Part shown: piece by piece, positions 50,384 through 60,126 of the stretch
Position numbering within the stretch: the stretch's first letter is position 1
Layout of the letters: every line of letters begins with the position of its first letter
The notes under the pieces: generated by a model
Database searches by the model: none
The model's input: the letters and a program-made list of their open reading frames with translations, nothing else
Told to the model about the DNA's origin: nothing
From: a virus
Reading direction: 5' to 3' (one strand)
IMG/VR virus record: IMGVR_UViG_3300020474_002475
Span: 53,940 to 117,939 of that record
Length of the DNA: 64,000 bases
Translations under genes and position numbers: made by a program

Positions 50384-53300
50384 TTATTGAGCTGGCTCTT
50401 CCTTTCTCAGAAGCATTAAATGGTCTAGCCCATAGCTAATATCTACAAAATCATTAATATTTGCACTTCCTTCAGCAAGCCAAGGGATTCCCATAGCTTT
50501 ATCTACAGCAGCACAAGAATTTCTATATCCTTTATCTAAACCAAAATGAATAAACCGACCGCCAGTATCAATCAATCCAATTCCATCTTTACCTGCTGCC
50601 ACATTCTCCGATCTCAAATAGTAATATGTATATGCAATACTGGTGGCTTCAGTACCTGAATAGGATTTAGTATATCCTGATGGCGTGCTAACATTTGCTT
50701 TTAATGTTCCATCACTATTGACTTCTACAGATAAAATACGAGTGTGTTGTTTGAAAGCCTTAAATACAACCGCATAATTATTATTGATAGTATTGTTGCC
50801 AATAACAGTAACTGTTTTAGCACTAGCATTAACAGCGATGACCTGTCCTTTCTGGCTGCCCGTACCCCAAGCTCTCGTAGGACCTATTTGCAGCCACATT
50901 CCCGACTCTACACCTTCAACACTGTTCAGAGTAATTGTCGTTCTATTATTAACAGAATCATAGACAGAATTTGCAGCAGTTGTTGTGTATAAGAAATTGA
51001 AATTTATAAAATATCCTTTTTTAACTTTTGATGAATATGAACTAGGTATATTGTCTATAAACGATTGATTTTTTACAATACTTCCTCTAAATCCCGTATA
51101 GAAATAAGGAACATAAACAGGAGCAATCATCATTCTACCATCAGCAACATACGGACCAACAGTACCAGTTGAATTATGAGTAGAACTTAATAAATTACCT
51201 GCTTGACCATAAGATCTATCTCCCCAAACCCAAACTCTATTTAAAACATCAACATAACCACAATTAGATTTGGATCTTACTGGAGGCTTATTGGCATCTT
51301 CTCCAGGTTGACAAGCTCTAGTTCTACCATTGGTAGTGCATGGGTATTGATATACATAATGATCAGCACAATTAGATGCAAAAATAAATTTAGCTGGATA
51401 CGCAGATAAATTGGATGTATTCAAAACATTGAAACCATATCTGGCATGATCATTTTTATTTGTATTTGGGTTCAAACCAAGACCCAACTGACCATCAGTA
51501 TTGTCTCCAGTTACTATGATATTTCCGTCTGTATCCATTGCCATAGTGTGATATGGCCCACAAGCAACTTGAGCTATTCTAGCATTTTGATTACTGTTAA
51601 TATATCTAAAAGACGATACGTATGGCACAGAACTAGGTAAGCCTAATTGACCTCTAGCATTGGATCCCATCCCATACATTTTGGAATGTCTTACGATTAT
51701 CACATGGTCTGCTCCAGCAGATATTGAATTAATATTGGTAGGAGGATAAGTATTATTAGGAGCTATAGATTTTTCTAGAATTAATTCTTTTTCATATTTT
51801 ACACATTGATATTGATGACGGGCCGAAGCAGAACTGTCAAAACCAAAAGTATAAAGTTCTCCCCTATCGTCTAGTAAAAATACTGTATATGTCGCTTTAT
51901 CTGCTAAATTAGCTCCTTGATGATTGTATGTCATTATTGCAGCATCTACAAAACTAACATTTACAGGATTATATGTGCTTCCTGATAGAGTATATGCTTG
52001 TATTTTGCGCATATGATCTAACTCATCAGAACCACCACCTGTTGCAGCTGTTTTATATCTAATTATCACTACTCCACTGCCGCCAGATGCTCCAGTGTAA
52101 GCAGAGGATCCACCTCCACCACCACCAGTATTAGCAATGCCATCGGTACCAAGATGTGGAGAGGCATTACTTGCTCCTCCGTCGCCACCACCTCCGTTGC
52201 CACCAAGACCTCTATTAGCAGTAGTATATCCTTGTCTTTCCTCTGGACCTTTACCGGAAGAACCACCGCCACCTCCAGCATAATAAGAATTTGTTCCACT
52301 TATATCAACTTGTAAACCAACTCCTCCATTTGGGTCTGTTCCATAATCGTCGGAACCATTCATATTAGGAGAGTAGCCACCTGTTCCAGCCGCACCAGCT
52401 CCACCACCACCTCCTGTATTTCTAGGATCATTGGTGTTAAGGTTTCCAGTTCTACCTCCAGAATTACCCTGACCAGAAGTTCCCGCACCAGCTGTTGGAT
52501 TATTACCCCTAGAATTATAGGCAGAACCTCCACCAGAACCACCAGAGCCACCATTTCTAGTGTGACCACCATTAGCACTTCCTCCTCTACCACCACCCAA
52601 AGCTGTTAGGGAAACAGAAGGGCCTATAATAGAAGAAGAACCTCCTTGAGTGGCGTTTGACGCTGGACCGGTACCAGCACCTGAACCTCCGGCACCAACA
52701 GTGACATTATATGTGCCACCAGTCATTGTTTGGTTTGTCTCATAAATTAAACCACCACCACCGCCACCACCACCTCTGTTTGCACCACCACCTCCACCAC
52801 CGCCAACAATCAAAATATCAAACTCTGCGTTAGCAGGAGCGTTGTTAATATTAAATACTCCGTTTTGTTTGAAGGTATGTATAGTATATTGTCCAGAAGT
52901 AGTTATTTCGCCACCAGTAGCACTCAAAGATACTAAAGAACCAGCGTCAAATGGTCCATAATTACTATTACCCGTATAATAAGCATCGCCATCACTATCT
53001 ATGGTAATAGTTTGGTATTTACCAGCAATAACTTTTATAGCACTATCGTATTTTGTACTGGTTAAAGCTGGTGGGGTGCCTGATCGAACCATCTTCTTTG
53101 CGATAGAAGTGCTTTGATTCATTAAGCCAATCGAACGATTTTGTGTACATGGTGCATTAGTAGGGTCCGTAGGTCTGCCTAGTCCGCCAGCACTTCCGCT
53201 ACTTATTGATGTAATATCTCTAGGAGAATGATATCCCGCTCCAAGCAGAGTATACTCAAATCGGTCTGAATCGGTATATATTATAGGCGAAGACATCTTA

Positions 53301-56300
53301 TATACTTGTCTATAAGCATTGGCAATTTGTGGTACGCTGCTACTCCTTCTTGGTTGAACTTCTAGAAATATATCTTTCCTATCAGATGCTAAATATGCTG
53401 TAGGTAGTGTTGAGTAAACAGGACTTGTAATATCTGCACTACTAGATGCAGTAGCTGCGCATCCATTAGCTATAAGAATATTTTGATACGATATAGCATC
53501 GGTTCTGTTAGAGAATACTCTATTTAAAGTGCTGTCTGTTGGACAACGAACATTAAAACCTAAAGGAGAAAAATAATCAGGAATAGAGGTAGTAGTTGAA
53601 AGTAAAAATTCTTTAGTGAAGCCATCCTCATTTGTTTTTAATGGACAAACGGCAACGTTATTTAATTGTACAAAATTTCTTAGTTGTCCAGAACCTCCTC
53701 TTCTCCCAAGATCTGCCGTAGTATCAAAAGAAAGTTTTATATTAGAGTTCTCTCTAAAGTAGTGTTCAAAATTAATAATTTTTTGATTCCATACTATCTT
53801 TAAATAGGACAATGTAAAATCATTCTGAGTTCTAGCTAAGTATGTTACGTCATTTGCCGTATTATGGAACGTCCCAGTTTTAAATCCTCCTGTATTATAG
53901 TCTGAAGCATAAAATTGATCATATCTATCAGTATTGTTTTGTCTGTGTATAGCAATTTTCCTTAGCCCTGCACTACCTCTAATGGAAACTGGATTATCAT
54001 CACTACCTTTTATTACAGACGGCTTGCCTTTATCTTTTACGTCGACAACATATACATTGCCTGAACTATCTCCGACATACAACTCGTCCGCAGAATTAGG
54101 ATATATGATCGCAGGTGGTGGCGGAGGAGGAGGAGGACCAGCAGGAGTAGGTGTGGGTGTCGGGGTAGGTGTTACAGATGGGGCAACTGCTACCGTAAAA
54201 TTCGCACCATACAAAATAGGTGCTCTATAGCCTTGACTATTGGCATCTATCTGTGTAGCAGTACTGCTGAATGTTTTGGTTAATGATCCTCCTGTAGTAT
54301 TCTGGAACCAGCCCTGACCGACTCTTGCTTCAATCCAACTGTATGATGGATCATTGACATTATTTAAAGTAAATCCAGATGTAATTCTATTTTCTTGTCT
54401 ACCTATTGGTAAGTTGAAGGACTTATCGGGCATAGTAACAACCAAATTCTGCGTGCTGCTACTATTTAAGCTAGGAATAAGATTGAAACCATGACCTACC
54501 AGTACAGAAAAAGTACCAAACTGAGTAGATCTCATTCCGTTTGAAGCACTAGAAAACTTAATATCTCCAACACTACCAGTTGGAATTTCATCTGATACAT
54601 ATACTTCCCATCTGCCCCAATAGTTACCAAATCCGGTACCAAGAGGAGCCCCTAAAGGCTGTTCTCCATATCTGATACAATTATATTCAGTACCATTAAC
54701 ATCTATAGTTGCTGAAGTACGTACCTCACCTGCAGGAAAATATGTAACCAGACCCCACAAAAAGATACGACGGTTAGGAGATGTAGGTCCTAAAGACTGA
54801 GAGAAAAATGTTTTTACACCAGACTTGCCAAGATAATGAGGGTCTAATGTTCCTAAATATTGTACTGTTCCATTGGTTCCTATAATTGGGGGAGGAGGAC
54901 TTACTGGCGGCGGACTTACTGGCGGCGGACTTACTGGCGGCGGACTTACTGGTGGAGGACTTACTGGCGGAGGACTTACTGGGGGAGGACTTGTAGTAGA
55001 GCATACAGCATTGGTTCGTGTCTTGGTACCCTGTGTGTGTGTCGTGCCTGATATAACACTAGATGGAGTAATTTCAATAGTATATCTATGAGTAGACTGA
55101 AATGGAGGGAATGGACCAGCATAACCATCACCATTCTGTTGAGCTCCCCACGTAATCGAATTAATAGTACCTCCTGAAATTTGTCCACTAGATACAGAGT
55201 TGGCGTTGCCGTTAATATTTATAATATTCCAATGTATACTATCACCAGCGTCAATATCTTTCATAACTAATGAAAAAGTCGTATTACTACTATTACAACT
55301 TCCACCAAAAGTAGTGTTCCAGGTAACAGTAGGAGAGAGATTGCTTCCGCAGCCATAAAAAGGATGGTTATTAACTACATTTAAATTGAACTCAACATTA
55401 CTAACAACAACAGAATTTGTAACTGGAGATGGAGTACTACTAGTAAGTCTAGCTAAAGCCCCTGCAACATTTAATCTACCTTCACTAACAACAGGTCTGT
55501 GTTCTTCCGCGCCCGGTACTAGAGTATGTCTAAAAGCATCAGTCTGAGTTGCCGATTGAATGATAGCATTACGAATATCACTAGCGCTAGCATTTGGTTG
55601 AGCAGCAGCAAGTAAAGAAACAGCACCAGCAACCATTGGGGCTGCCATACTGGTTCCGCTCATATTCCTATAATTTGTATTACTGGTACTACCCAAAGAC
55701 ATAATAGTATGACCAGGAGCAGCAATTTGAACGGACTGCTGTCCATAATTTGAAAAACTTGCACCCTTACCCTCATCTGTCATAGCCGCTACAGCAATAC
55801 CAACAATATCAGGAAAATTATTCTCATTAGCAAACGCTGCAGGCCAGTAGCTCTGCGGGTAATAGCCGACCTGTCCGGTACTGGGGTCAACGTATCTATA
55901 ATCAGGAATATTATCAATATCTACGTTGTCATTACCAGCAGAAAATACATATACAATACCTTGGGCACTACCAGCAGCAAAAGCTCTTCTTTTATTGCTG
56001 TTTTGATTGTGATAAAAGAGTCCCTGTCCACCAAGGCTCAAGTTAACAGCTCTTACATTCACTCCAGCCTGTTTCTGTGCTGTAATGTAATTAATCATCA
56101 GTGCTTGGTCGGCATGTTTGATTAGCATACATCTTGGGCAGGGTGTTCCATCACTTGGAGGAGGGTCGCCGGTACAATAACATTTTGTGACCCCATTCGA
56201 GGTATATGTGCCAGAAAAAACTCTAAACCCTCGACATGTCATAATGCTGACTTGCTGACAAACTCCCGTTACTCCTCTACCATTAGATCCTGTTCCTCCA

Positions 56301-57016
56301 ATAATACCGGCGCAATGTGAACCATGATCTAAGACAGCTTGACGAATAAGCGGGTCTGCATGACTCCCACAAAACTGACCTCCATACTGATTGGGGACTT
56401 CATCATAAGTATCGTCAGGGCCTGCTCCGGTAGCACTAACACCGATTCCATGAACATCATTTGTGAAAGGGTCTCCGCCACTTGTGCGGCCAGGGTTAGG
56501 ATTTGTCCATAGATTATCAACAATATCTTCATGAGTAAGACGAGTACCAGTATCTAATACTGCGCATACAACATTACGATCACCTACCGATGCATTTGCC
56601 CACACAGATTCTACATTTATATGCCAAGGATTATTAGAATTTAAGCCCCATTGTTCATTCCATTTAGGATCATTTGTAAGAGTTTGTATTGGTTGTTCTG
56701 GCAACTCCAAAGCTATAGGGGGAGGTTCGGCAGCAAAATGTTTTACATTTTTGTTTTTGTCTAAGGTGTTGTCAGTATCTATTTTAGTCTGTACAACAAG
56801 TAGAGCTCCTGGCATCCCAAGCGCTAGTGTAACTACATATTCTGGACCAAATAATGCATGTACATCATCAACAGAATTCAAATTAGCAACACACTCTTCT
56901 GTTAAAGTAACATCAAATTCTATAGCATTAGCATGATTAGACAAAAGTAGTGATGGATTTTCTTGTTGAAAATCTCTAAACCACAACATGGAAGGTTTGT
57001 TATAATCTATATTCAT
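50384..57016 (-). CDS. 2210 aa subtilisin (S8) fusion: S8 - PEBP/YbhB - SPPPV linker - Gly-rich domain - RCC1-like repeats
   Basis: Triad VLDTG / HGSHCAG / GTSMAAPMVAG; LVMKDID..HW..GYAGPFPP..HRY; YTIHTF..GGGGG..GSGVVIIRY; ISAGADH..GSNARGQLG, VACGPYHT..GDNTDGQLG. Confidence 0.88.
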   Translation of the reverse strand: MNIDYNKPSMLWFRDFQQENPSLLLSNHANAIEFDVTLTEECVANLNSVDDVHALFGPEYVVTLALGMPGALLVVQTKIDTDNTLDKNKNVKHFAAEPPPIALELPEQPIQTLTNDPKWNEQWGLNSNNPWHINVESVWANASVGDRNVVCAVLDTGTRLTHEDIVDNLWTNPNPGRTSGGDPFTNDVHGIGVSATGAGPDDTYDEVPNQYGGQFCGSHADPLIRQAVLDHGSHCAGIIGGTGSNGRGVTGVCQQVSIMTCRGFRVFSGTYTSNGVTKCYCTGDPPPSDGTPCPRCMLIKHADQALMINYITAQKQAGVNVRAVNLSLGGQGLFYHNQNSNKRRAFAAGSAQGIVYVFSAGNDNVDIDNIPDYRYVDPSTGQVGYYPQSYWPAAFANENNFPDIVGIAVAAMTDEGKGASFSNYGQQSVQIAAPGHTIMSLGSTSNTNYRNMSGTSMAAPMVAGAVSLLAAAQPNASASDIRNAIIQSATQTDAFRHTLVPGAEEHRPVVSEGRLNVAGALARLTSSTPSPVTNSVVVSNVEFNLNVVNNHPFYGCGSNLSPTVTWNTTFGGSCNSSNTTFSLVMKDIDAGDSIHWNIININGNANSVSSGQISGGTINSITWGAQQNGDGYAGPFPPFQSTHRYTIEITPSSVISGTTHTQGTKTRTNAVCSTTSPPPVSPPPVSPPPVSPPPVSPPPVSPPPVSPPPPIIGTNGTVQYLGTLDPHYLGKSGVKTFFSQSLGPTSPNRRIFLWGLVTYFPAGEVRTSATIDVNGTEYNCIRYGEQPLGAPLGTGFGNYWGRWEVYVSDEIPTGSVGDIKFSSASNGMRSTQFGTFSVLVGHGFNLIPSLNSSSTQNLVVTMPDKSFNLPIGRQENRITSGFTLNNVNDPSYSWIEARVGQGWFQNTTGGSLTKTFSSTATQIDANSQGYRAPILYGANFTVAVAPSVTPTPTPTPTPAGPPPPPPPPAIIYPNSADELYVGDSSGNVYVVDVKDKGKPSVIKGSDDNPVSIRGSAGLRKIAIHRQNNTDRYDQFYASDYNTGGFKTGTFHNTANDVTYLARTQNDFTLSYLKIVWNQKIINFEHYFRENSNIKLSFDTTADLGRRGGSGQLRNFVQLNNVAVCPLKTNEDGFTKEFLLSTTTSIPDYFSPLGFNVRCPTDSTLNRVFSNRTDAISYQNILIANGCAATASSSADITSPVYSTLPTAYLASDRKDIFLEVQPRRSSSVPQIANAYRQVYKMSSPIIYTDSDRFEYTLLGAGYHSPRDITSISSGSAGGLGRPTDPTNAPCTQNRSIGLMNQSTSIAKKMVRSGTPPALTSTKYDSAIKVIAGKYQTITIDSDGDAYYTGNSNYGPFDAGSLVSLSATGGEITTSGQYTIHTFKQNGVFNINNAPANAEFDILIVGGGGGGGANRGGGGGGGGLIYETNQTMTGGTYNVTVGAGGSGAGTGPASNATQGGSSSIIGPSVSLTALGGGRGGSANGGHTRNGGSGGSGGGSAYNSRGNNPTAGAGTSGQGNSGGRTGNLNTNDPRNTGGGGGAGAAGTGGYSPNMNGSDDYGTDPNGGVGLQVDISGTNSYYAGGGGGSSGKGPEERQGYTTANRGLGGNGGGGDGGASNASPHLGTDGIANTGGGGGGSSAYTGASGGSGVVIIRYKTAATGGGSDELDHMRKIQAYTLSGSTYNPVNVSFVDAAIMTYNHQGANLADKATYTVFLLDDRGELYTFGFDSSASARHQYQCVKYEKELILEKSIAPNNTYPPTNINSISAGADHVIIVRHSKMYGMGSNARGQLGLPSSVPYVSSFRYINSNQNARIAQVACGPYHTMAMDTDGNIIVTGDNTDGQLGLGLNPNTNKNDHARYGFNVLNTSNLSAYPAKFIFASNCADHYVYQYPCTTNGRTRACQPGEDANKPPVRSKSNCGYVDVLNRVWVWGDRSYGQAGNLLSSTHNSTGTVGPYVADGRMMIAPVYVPYFYTGFRGSIVKNQSFIDNIPSSYSSKVKKGYFINFNFLYTTTAANSVYDSVNNRTTITLNSVEGVESGMWLQIGPTRAWGTGSQKGQVIAVNASAKTVTVIGNNTINNNYAVVFKAFKQHTRILSVEVNSDGTLKANVSTPSGYTKSYSGTEATSIAYTYYYLRSENVAAGKDGIGLIDTGGRFIHFGLDKGYRNSCAAVDKAMGIPWLAEGSANINDFVDISYGLDHLMLLRKEEPAQ
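54892..54992 (-). repeat. 15-bp tandem repeat encoding SPPPV
   Basis: About 7 copies of ggNggNggacttact on the + strand. Confidence 0.85.
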
Positions 57017-57019
57017 AAT

Positions 57020-60000
57020 TTATATTCTTTTTGGTTTTGGTACAATGCTATACGATCCCAAGCGACGGTCTGCAGTAATACTAGAAGCGCCACCTAATGG
57101 TAAATAAGACACTTGTATAGGATTATCAGCATCAGAGACATCCAAAATGTACAATCCAATACTAGATGAAACATATAATAGATCTTTATTATTAGGATCT
57201 ACGCCTATATCATATAAAAGAGTACTTCTTCTATTTGTATTAGTATCAAAATTGCCTAAAGTTGTTTGAGATCTAAAGACGGGTGCAGATCTATTAGAAA
57301 TATCATATACAACAAGTATGCCTTCGTTAGTAGTAACATATAGATAATTATCATCGTTAGAAAGCTGACACTCTATCATTCGACTATAAGGGAAAGCAGT
57401 AACTCCATCACCGACAATTCTACCTGTTGGCCAATCAGGATGATTATATTTTAGGCCAGATAAGGTTGTCATGCTATACGTAGAAATATCAACCTTTAAA
57501 ACAAACATACCATAATTTATATCTATACAATACAAATATATGTTTCCAGCTTTATCGTCTATAACGCGCACATCTCTAACTGAATTAAGCTCAACAGTTG
57601 ATAGATCAGATTCTATTTCAGCCACAGACTTTCTCTTAATGTTATGCAAACCAGAGAACAGCCAGGTGTTGAGATTAGTAGCATCATATTTTATTAGCTG
57701 GATACCATGAGTATGATTAGCCAAAACAATTAAATCTAAACTAGGAATAAGATCCATTCCATAAGCGTATGTATTAAATTTGGCAGAAGCTAAATGTCTT
57801 GAGTAATACAAATTTTGATAATGGGCGTTAACCAAACCCAGTCTACTATCTGCTTGTAAAATTACATTACCATATTTCCCAGAACTAGAATCCCAGTCTT
57901 TATGATTTCTTAGAATCAAAATATCTCCACCCCTAAAACTGTTAGCGGTATCCAACTCTGAAACAGAAGAAATTTCGAAAGGAGCTGTAGGACTTAATGT
58001 TGGTGTTGCTGTTGGGGTGTTTGTTACAGTTGGTGTTACTGTTATTGTGGGCGTTGGAGTATATGTAACGGTAGGAGTAATAGTTGGTGTTGCTGTAACG
58101 GTAGGTGTGATGGTTGGCGTAACGCTAGAAGTAACAGTAATGGTTGGGGTGACACTAGGAGTAACAGAAATTGTTGGGGTAATTGTAGGGGTTACACTAA
58201 TAGTAGGAGTTACAGAAGGCGTTACAGAAATAGTAGGTGTAATACTAGGAGTAATAGATGGAGTAACAGAAATTGTAGGAGTGATAGATGGGGTAACAGA
58301 TATAGTTGGGGTTATTGAAGGAGTAGGAGTAATCGTTGGAGTTATAGAAATTGTTGGAGTAACTGTAGGAGTAATACTTGGAGTAGGAGTAAGTGTAGGC
58401 GTTGGAGTTAGTGTTGGGGTTGCAGTAGTTGTCGGAGTAATACTAGGCGTTGGTGTTACAGTTACCGACGGGGTAGGAGTAAGTGTAGGAGTAGGGGTAC
58501 AAGTAGGAGTAGGAGCATTTATAGGAACAGTATCAGGAAAAGAATATTTTACGATACCATTAATCATACAACAAACTTTTCCTCCTACTTTTACAAATAG
58601 CTGCCTACCAATATTTTCTTCTAAATTAGGTAAATTAAAATCAATATAAAATTCTGAATTAAAAGGACCTTCTGTTGTAATAGCAGTGTTTGGGGTAGGA
58701 CTAGGTGTCGCATTAGGTGTGGGGGTTGGAGTAGGAGTAACAACAGTAACCAGACTGTCATAAGCTGCTTTGGCTTGTAAAATACCTCCTGAAGCAACGC
58801 TATTTTTAACAGAATCTAGAGGTTTAACATTATTTAATATTGCAGTTCTAATTTCTAAAATAGTTTTATTAGGAAAAGCTGCACATAATAAAGCAAAAAC
58901 TCCAGCTACATGAGGAGCTGCCATGCTAGTACCTGATTGTCCAGCATAAGGAATTATTGCTGGATTGCCTGTACGAAGAACAGTACTTAGAATATCTGTG
59001 CCTGGTGCAGATAAATCTACGGTAACAGCACCATAATTACTTCCGGCTGGAGTCCCATCATCTTTAATGTAAGTATGAAGAGCTCCTGTATTAGTATGAT
59101 TAGCTACTACTATAAGACCATCACCCGGTATAGACGCTGGAGTGTAAGGAGTCACATCAATATCAAGAAGATCATTACCTGCAGCAACAACATGCATAAT
59201 ACCTGCTGCTGTAGCTGCCGAAAAAGCCTGAACAATAGAGTTTGGAGGAGTACCAACCCCTCCATAACTATGATTAATGACTCTAACATTATTACCATTA
59301 TTGTTTAAATTAGTAATATAATTTATACAGGTAACCGCATCAATCAAATTTCCGTCTCCATTTTCATCCATAAACCTACAAGCAATTAAATTAGTATTAA
59401 AATTAATACCACTAATGCCATCAGTATTATTACCTAAAGCCCCAATAATACCAGCGACATGTGTACCGTGACCATTAACATCCATAGGATCGCCGGTAGA
59501 AATGCTTTTAGAGCTTTCAACATGGATACCATGTACATCATCAATAAAACCTGAGCCATTATTGTCTATCCCGTCATTAGCAGTTTCTCCAGGATTTACC
59601 CACATATTATTTCGTGATGCAAGACCAGCTATATCTGGATGCAAATAATCTATTCCTGTGTCTACTACAGCGACATCAACGGTTTTGCTACCAGTAAAAC
59701 TATTCCAAACAGATTCTATATCTATACCAAAATTTGGATCATTCAAAGCCCATTGTTGTGAATACAACCTATCATCAGGAGATAGATTGACACTTAATAT
59801 CATATTTGGTTCTACATAATCAATATTTTCATTATTAGATAGTAGCTGTATATCATCTGGTCCTGTTTTTTCAACAGCAACCATACCGGGCAGACCTAGC
59901 CCCTTAATTACAATATATCCGGGCCCTAAAAGATCTTGAATATCTTCTAGAGAACTAACTAGTTTGCAAGCATCTTCTGTTAGTCTTAATACATATTGTT

Positions 60001-60076
60001 TTCCAGACTGTGCTGAAAAAGCTGGTTTTTGTAATTGTTTAAACCATAAAGAGCTTGGCGTGTTATAATTAGACAT
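57020..60076 (-). CDS. subtilisin (S8) serine protease with long Thr/Pro stalk and LVIVD propeller
   Basis: Triad VVDTG / HGTHVAG / GTSMAAPHVAG, oxyanion AAGN; about 190 aa TP run; GILVVYDISN, GLYILDVSDADNP. Confidence 0.9.
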   Translation of the reverse strand: MSNYNTPSSLWFKQLQKPAFSAQSGKQYVLRLTEDACKLVSSLEDIQDLLGPGYIVIKGLGLPGMVAVEKTGPDDIQLLSNNENIDYVEPNMILSVNLSPDDRLYSQQWALNDPNFGIDIESVWNSFTGSKTVDVAVVDTGIDYLHPDIAGLASRNNMWVNPGETANDGIDNNGSGFIDDVHGIHVESSKSISTGDPMDVNGHGTHVAGIIGALGNNTDGISGINFNTNLIACRFMDENGDGNLIDAVTCINYITNLNNNGNNVRVINHSYGGVGTPPNSIVQAFSAATAAGIMHVVAAGNDLLDIDVTPYTPASIPGDGLIVVANHTNTGALHTYIKDDGTPAGSNYGAVTVDLSAPGTDILSTVLRTGNPAIIPYAGQSGTSMAAPHVAGVFALLCAAFPNKTILEIRTAILNNVKPLDSVKNSVASGGILQAKAAYDSLVTVVTPTPTPTPNATPSPTPNTAITTEGPFNSEFYIDFNLPNLEENIGRQLFVKVGGKVCCMINGIVKYSFPDTVPINAPTPTCTPTPTLTPTPSVTVTPTPSITPTTTATPTLTPTPTLTPTPSITPTVTPTISITPTITPTPSITPTISVTPSITPTISVTPSITPSITPTISVTPSVTPTISVTPTITPTISVTPSVTPTITVTSSVTPTITPTVTATPTITPTVTYTPTPTITVTPTVTNTPTATPTLSPTAPFEISSVSELDTANSFRGGDILILRNHKDWDSSSGKYGNVILQADSRLGLVNAHYQNLYYSRHLASAKFNTYAYGMDLIPSLDLIVLANHTHGIQLIKYDATNLNTWLFSGLHNIKRKSVAEIESDLSTVELNSVRDVRVIDDKAGNIYLYCIDINYGMFVLKVDISTYSMTTLSGLKYNHPDWPTGRIVGDGVTAFPYSRMIECQLSNDDNYLYVTTNEGILVVYDISNRSAPVFRSQTTLGNFDTNTNRRSTLLYDIGVDPNNKDLLYVSSSIGLYILDVSDADNPIQVSYLPLGGASSITADRRLGSYSIVPKPKRI
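57990..58515 (-). repeat. Thr/Pro mucin-like low-complexity coding repeat ([14 protein letters not shown] units)
   Basis: Longest of several TP runs; others at about 24450-24690, 42370-42850, 43835-44040, 45900-46165 and 62335-62760. Confidence 0.85.
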
Positions 60077-60108
60077 TAATATTCCACTATCTTAAAAATC
60101 CACATTTA

Positions 60109-60125
60109 TATAAATAATATACACT
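60109..60125 (-). promoter_or_regulatory. putative late promoter motif
   Basis: AGTGTATATTATTTATA on the - strand just after the upstream TAA. Confidence 0.5.
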
Positions 60126-60126
60126 G

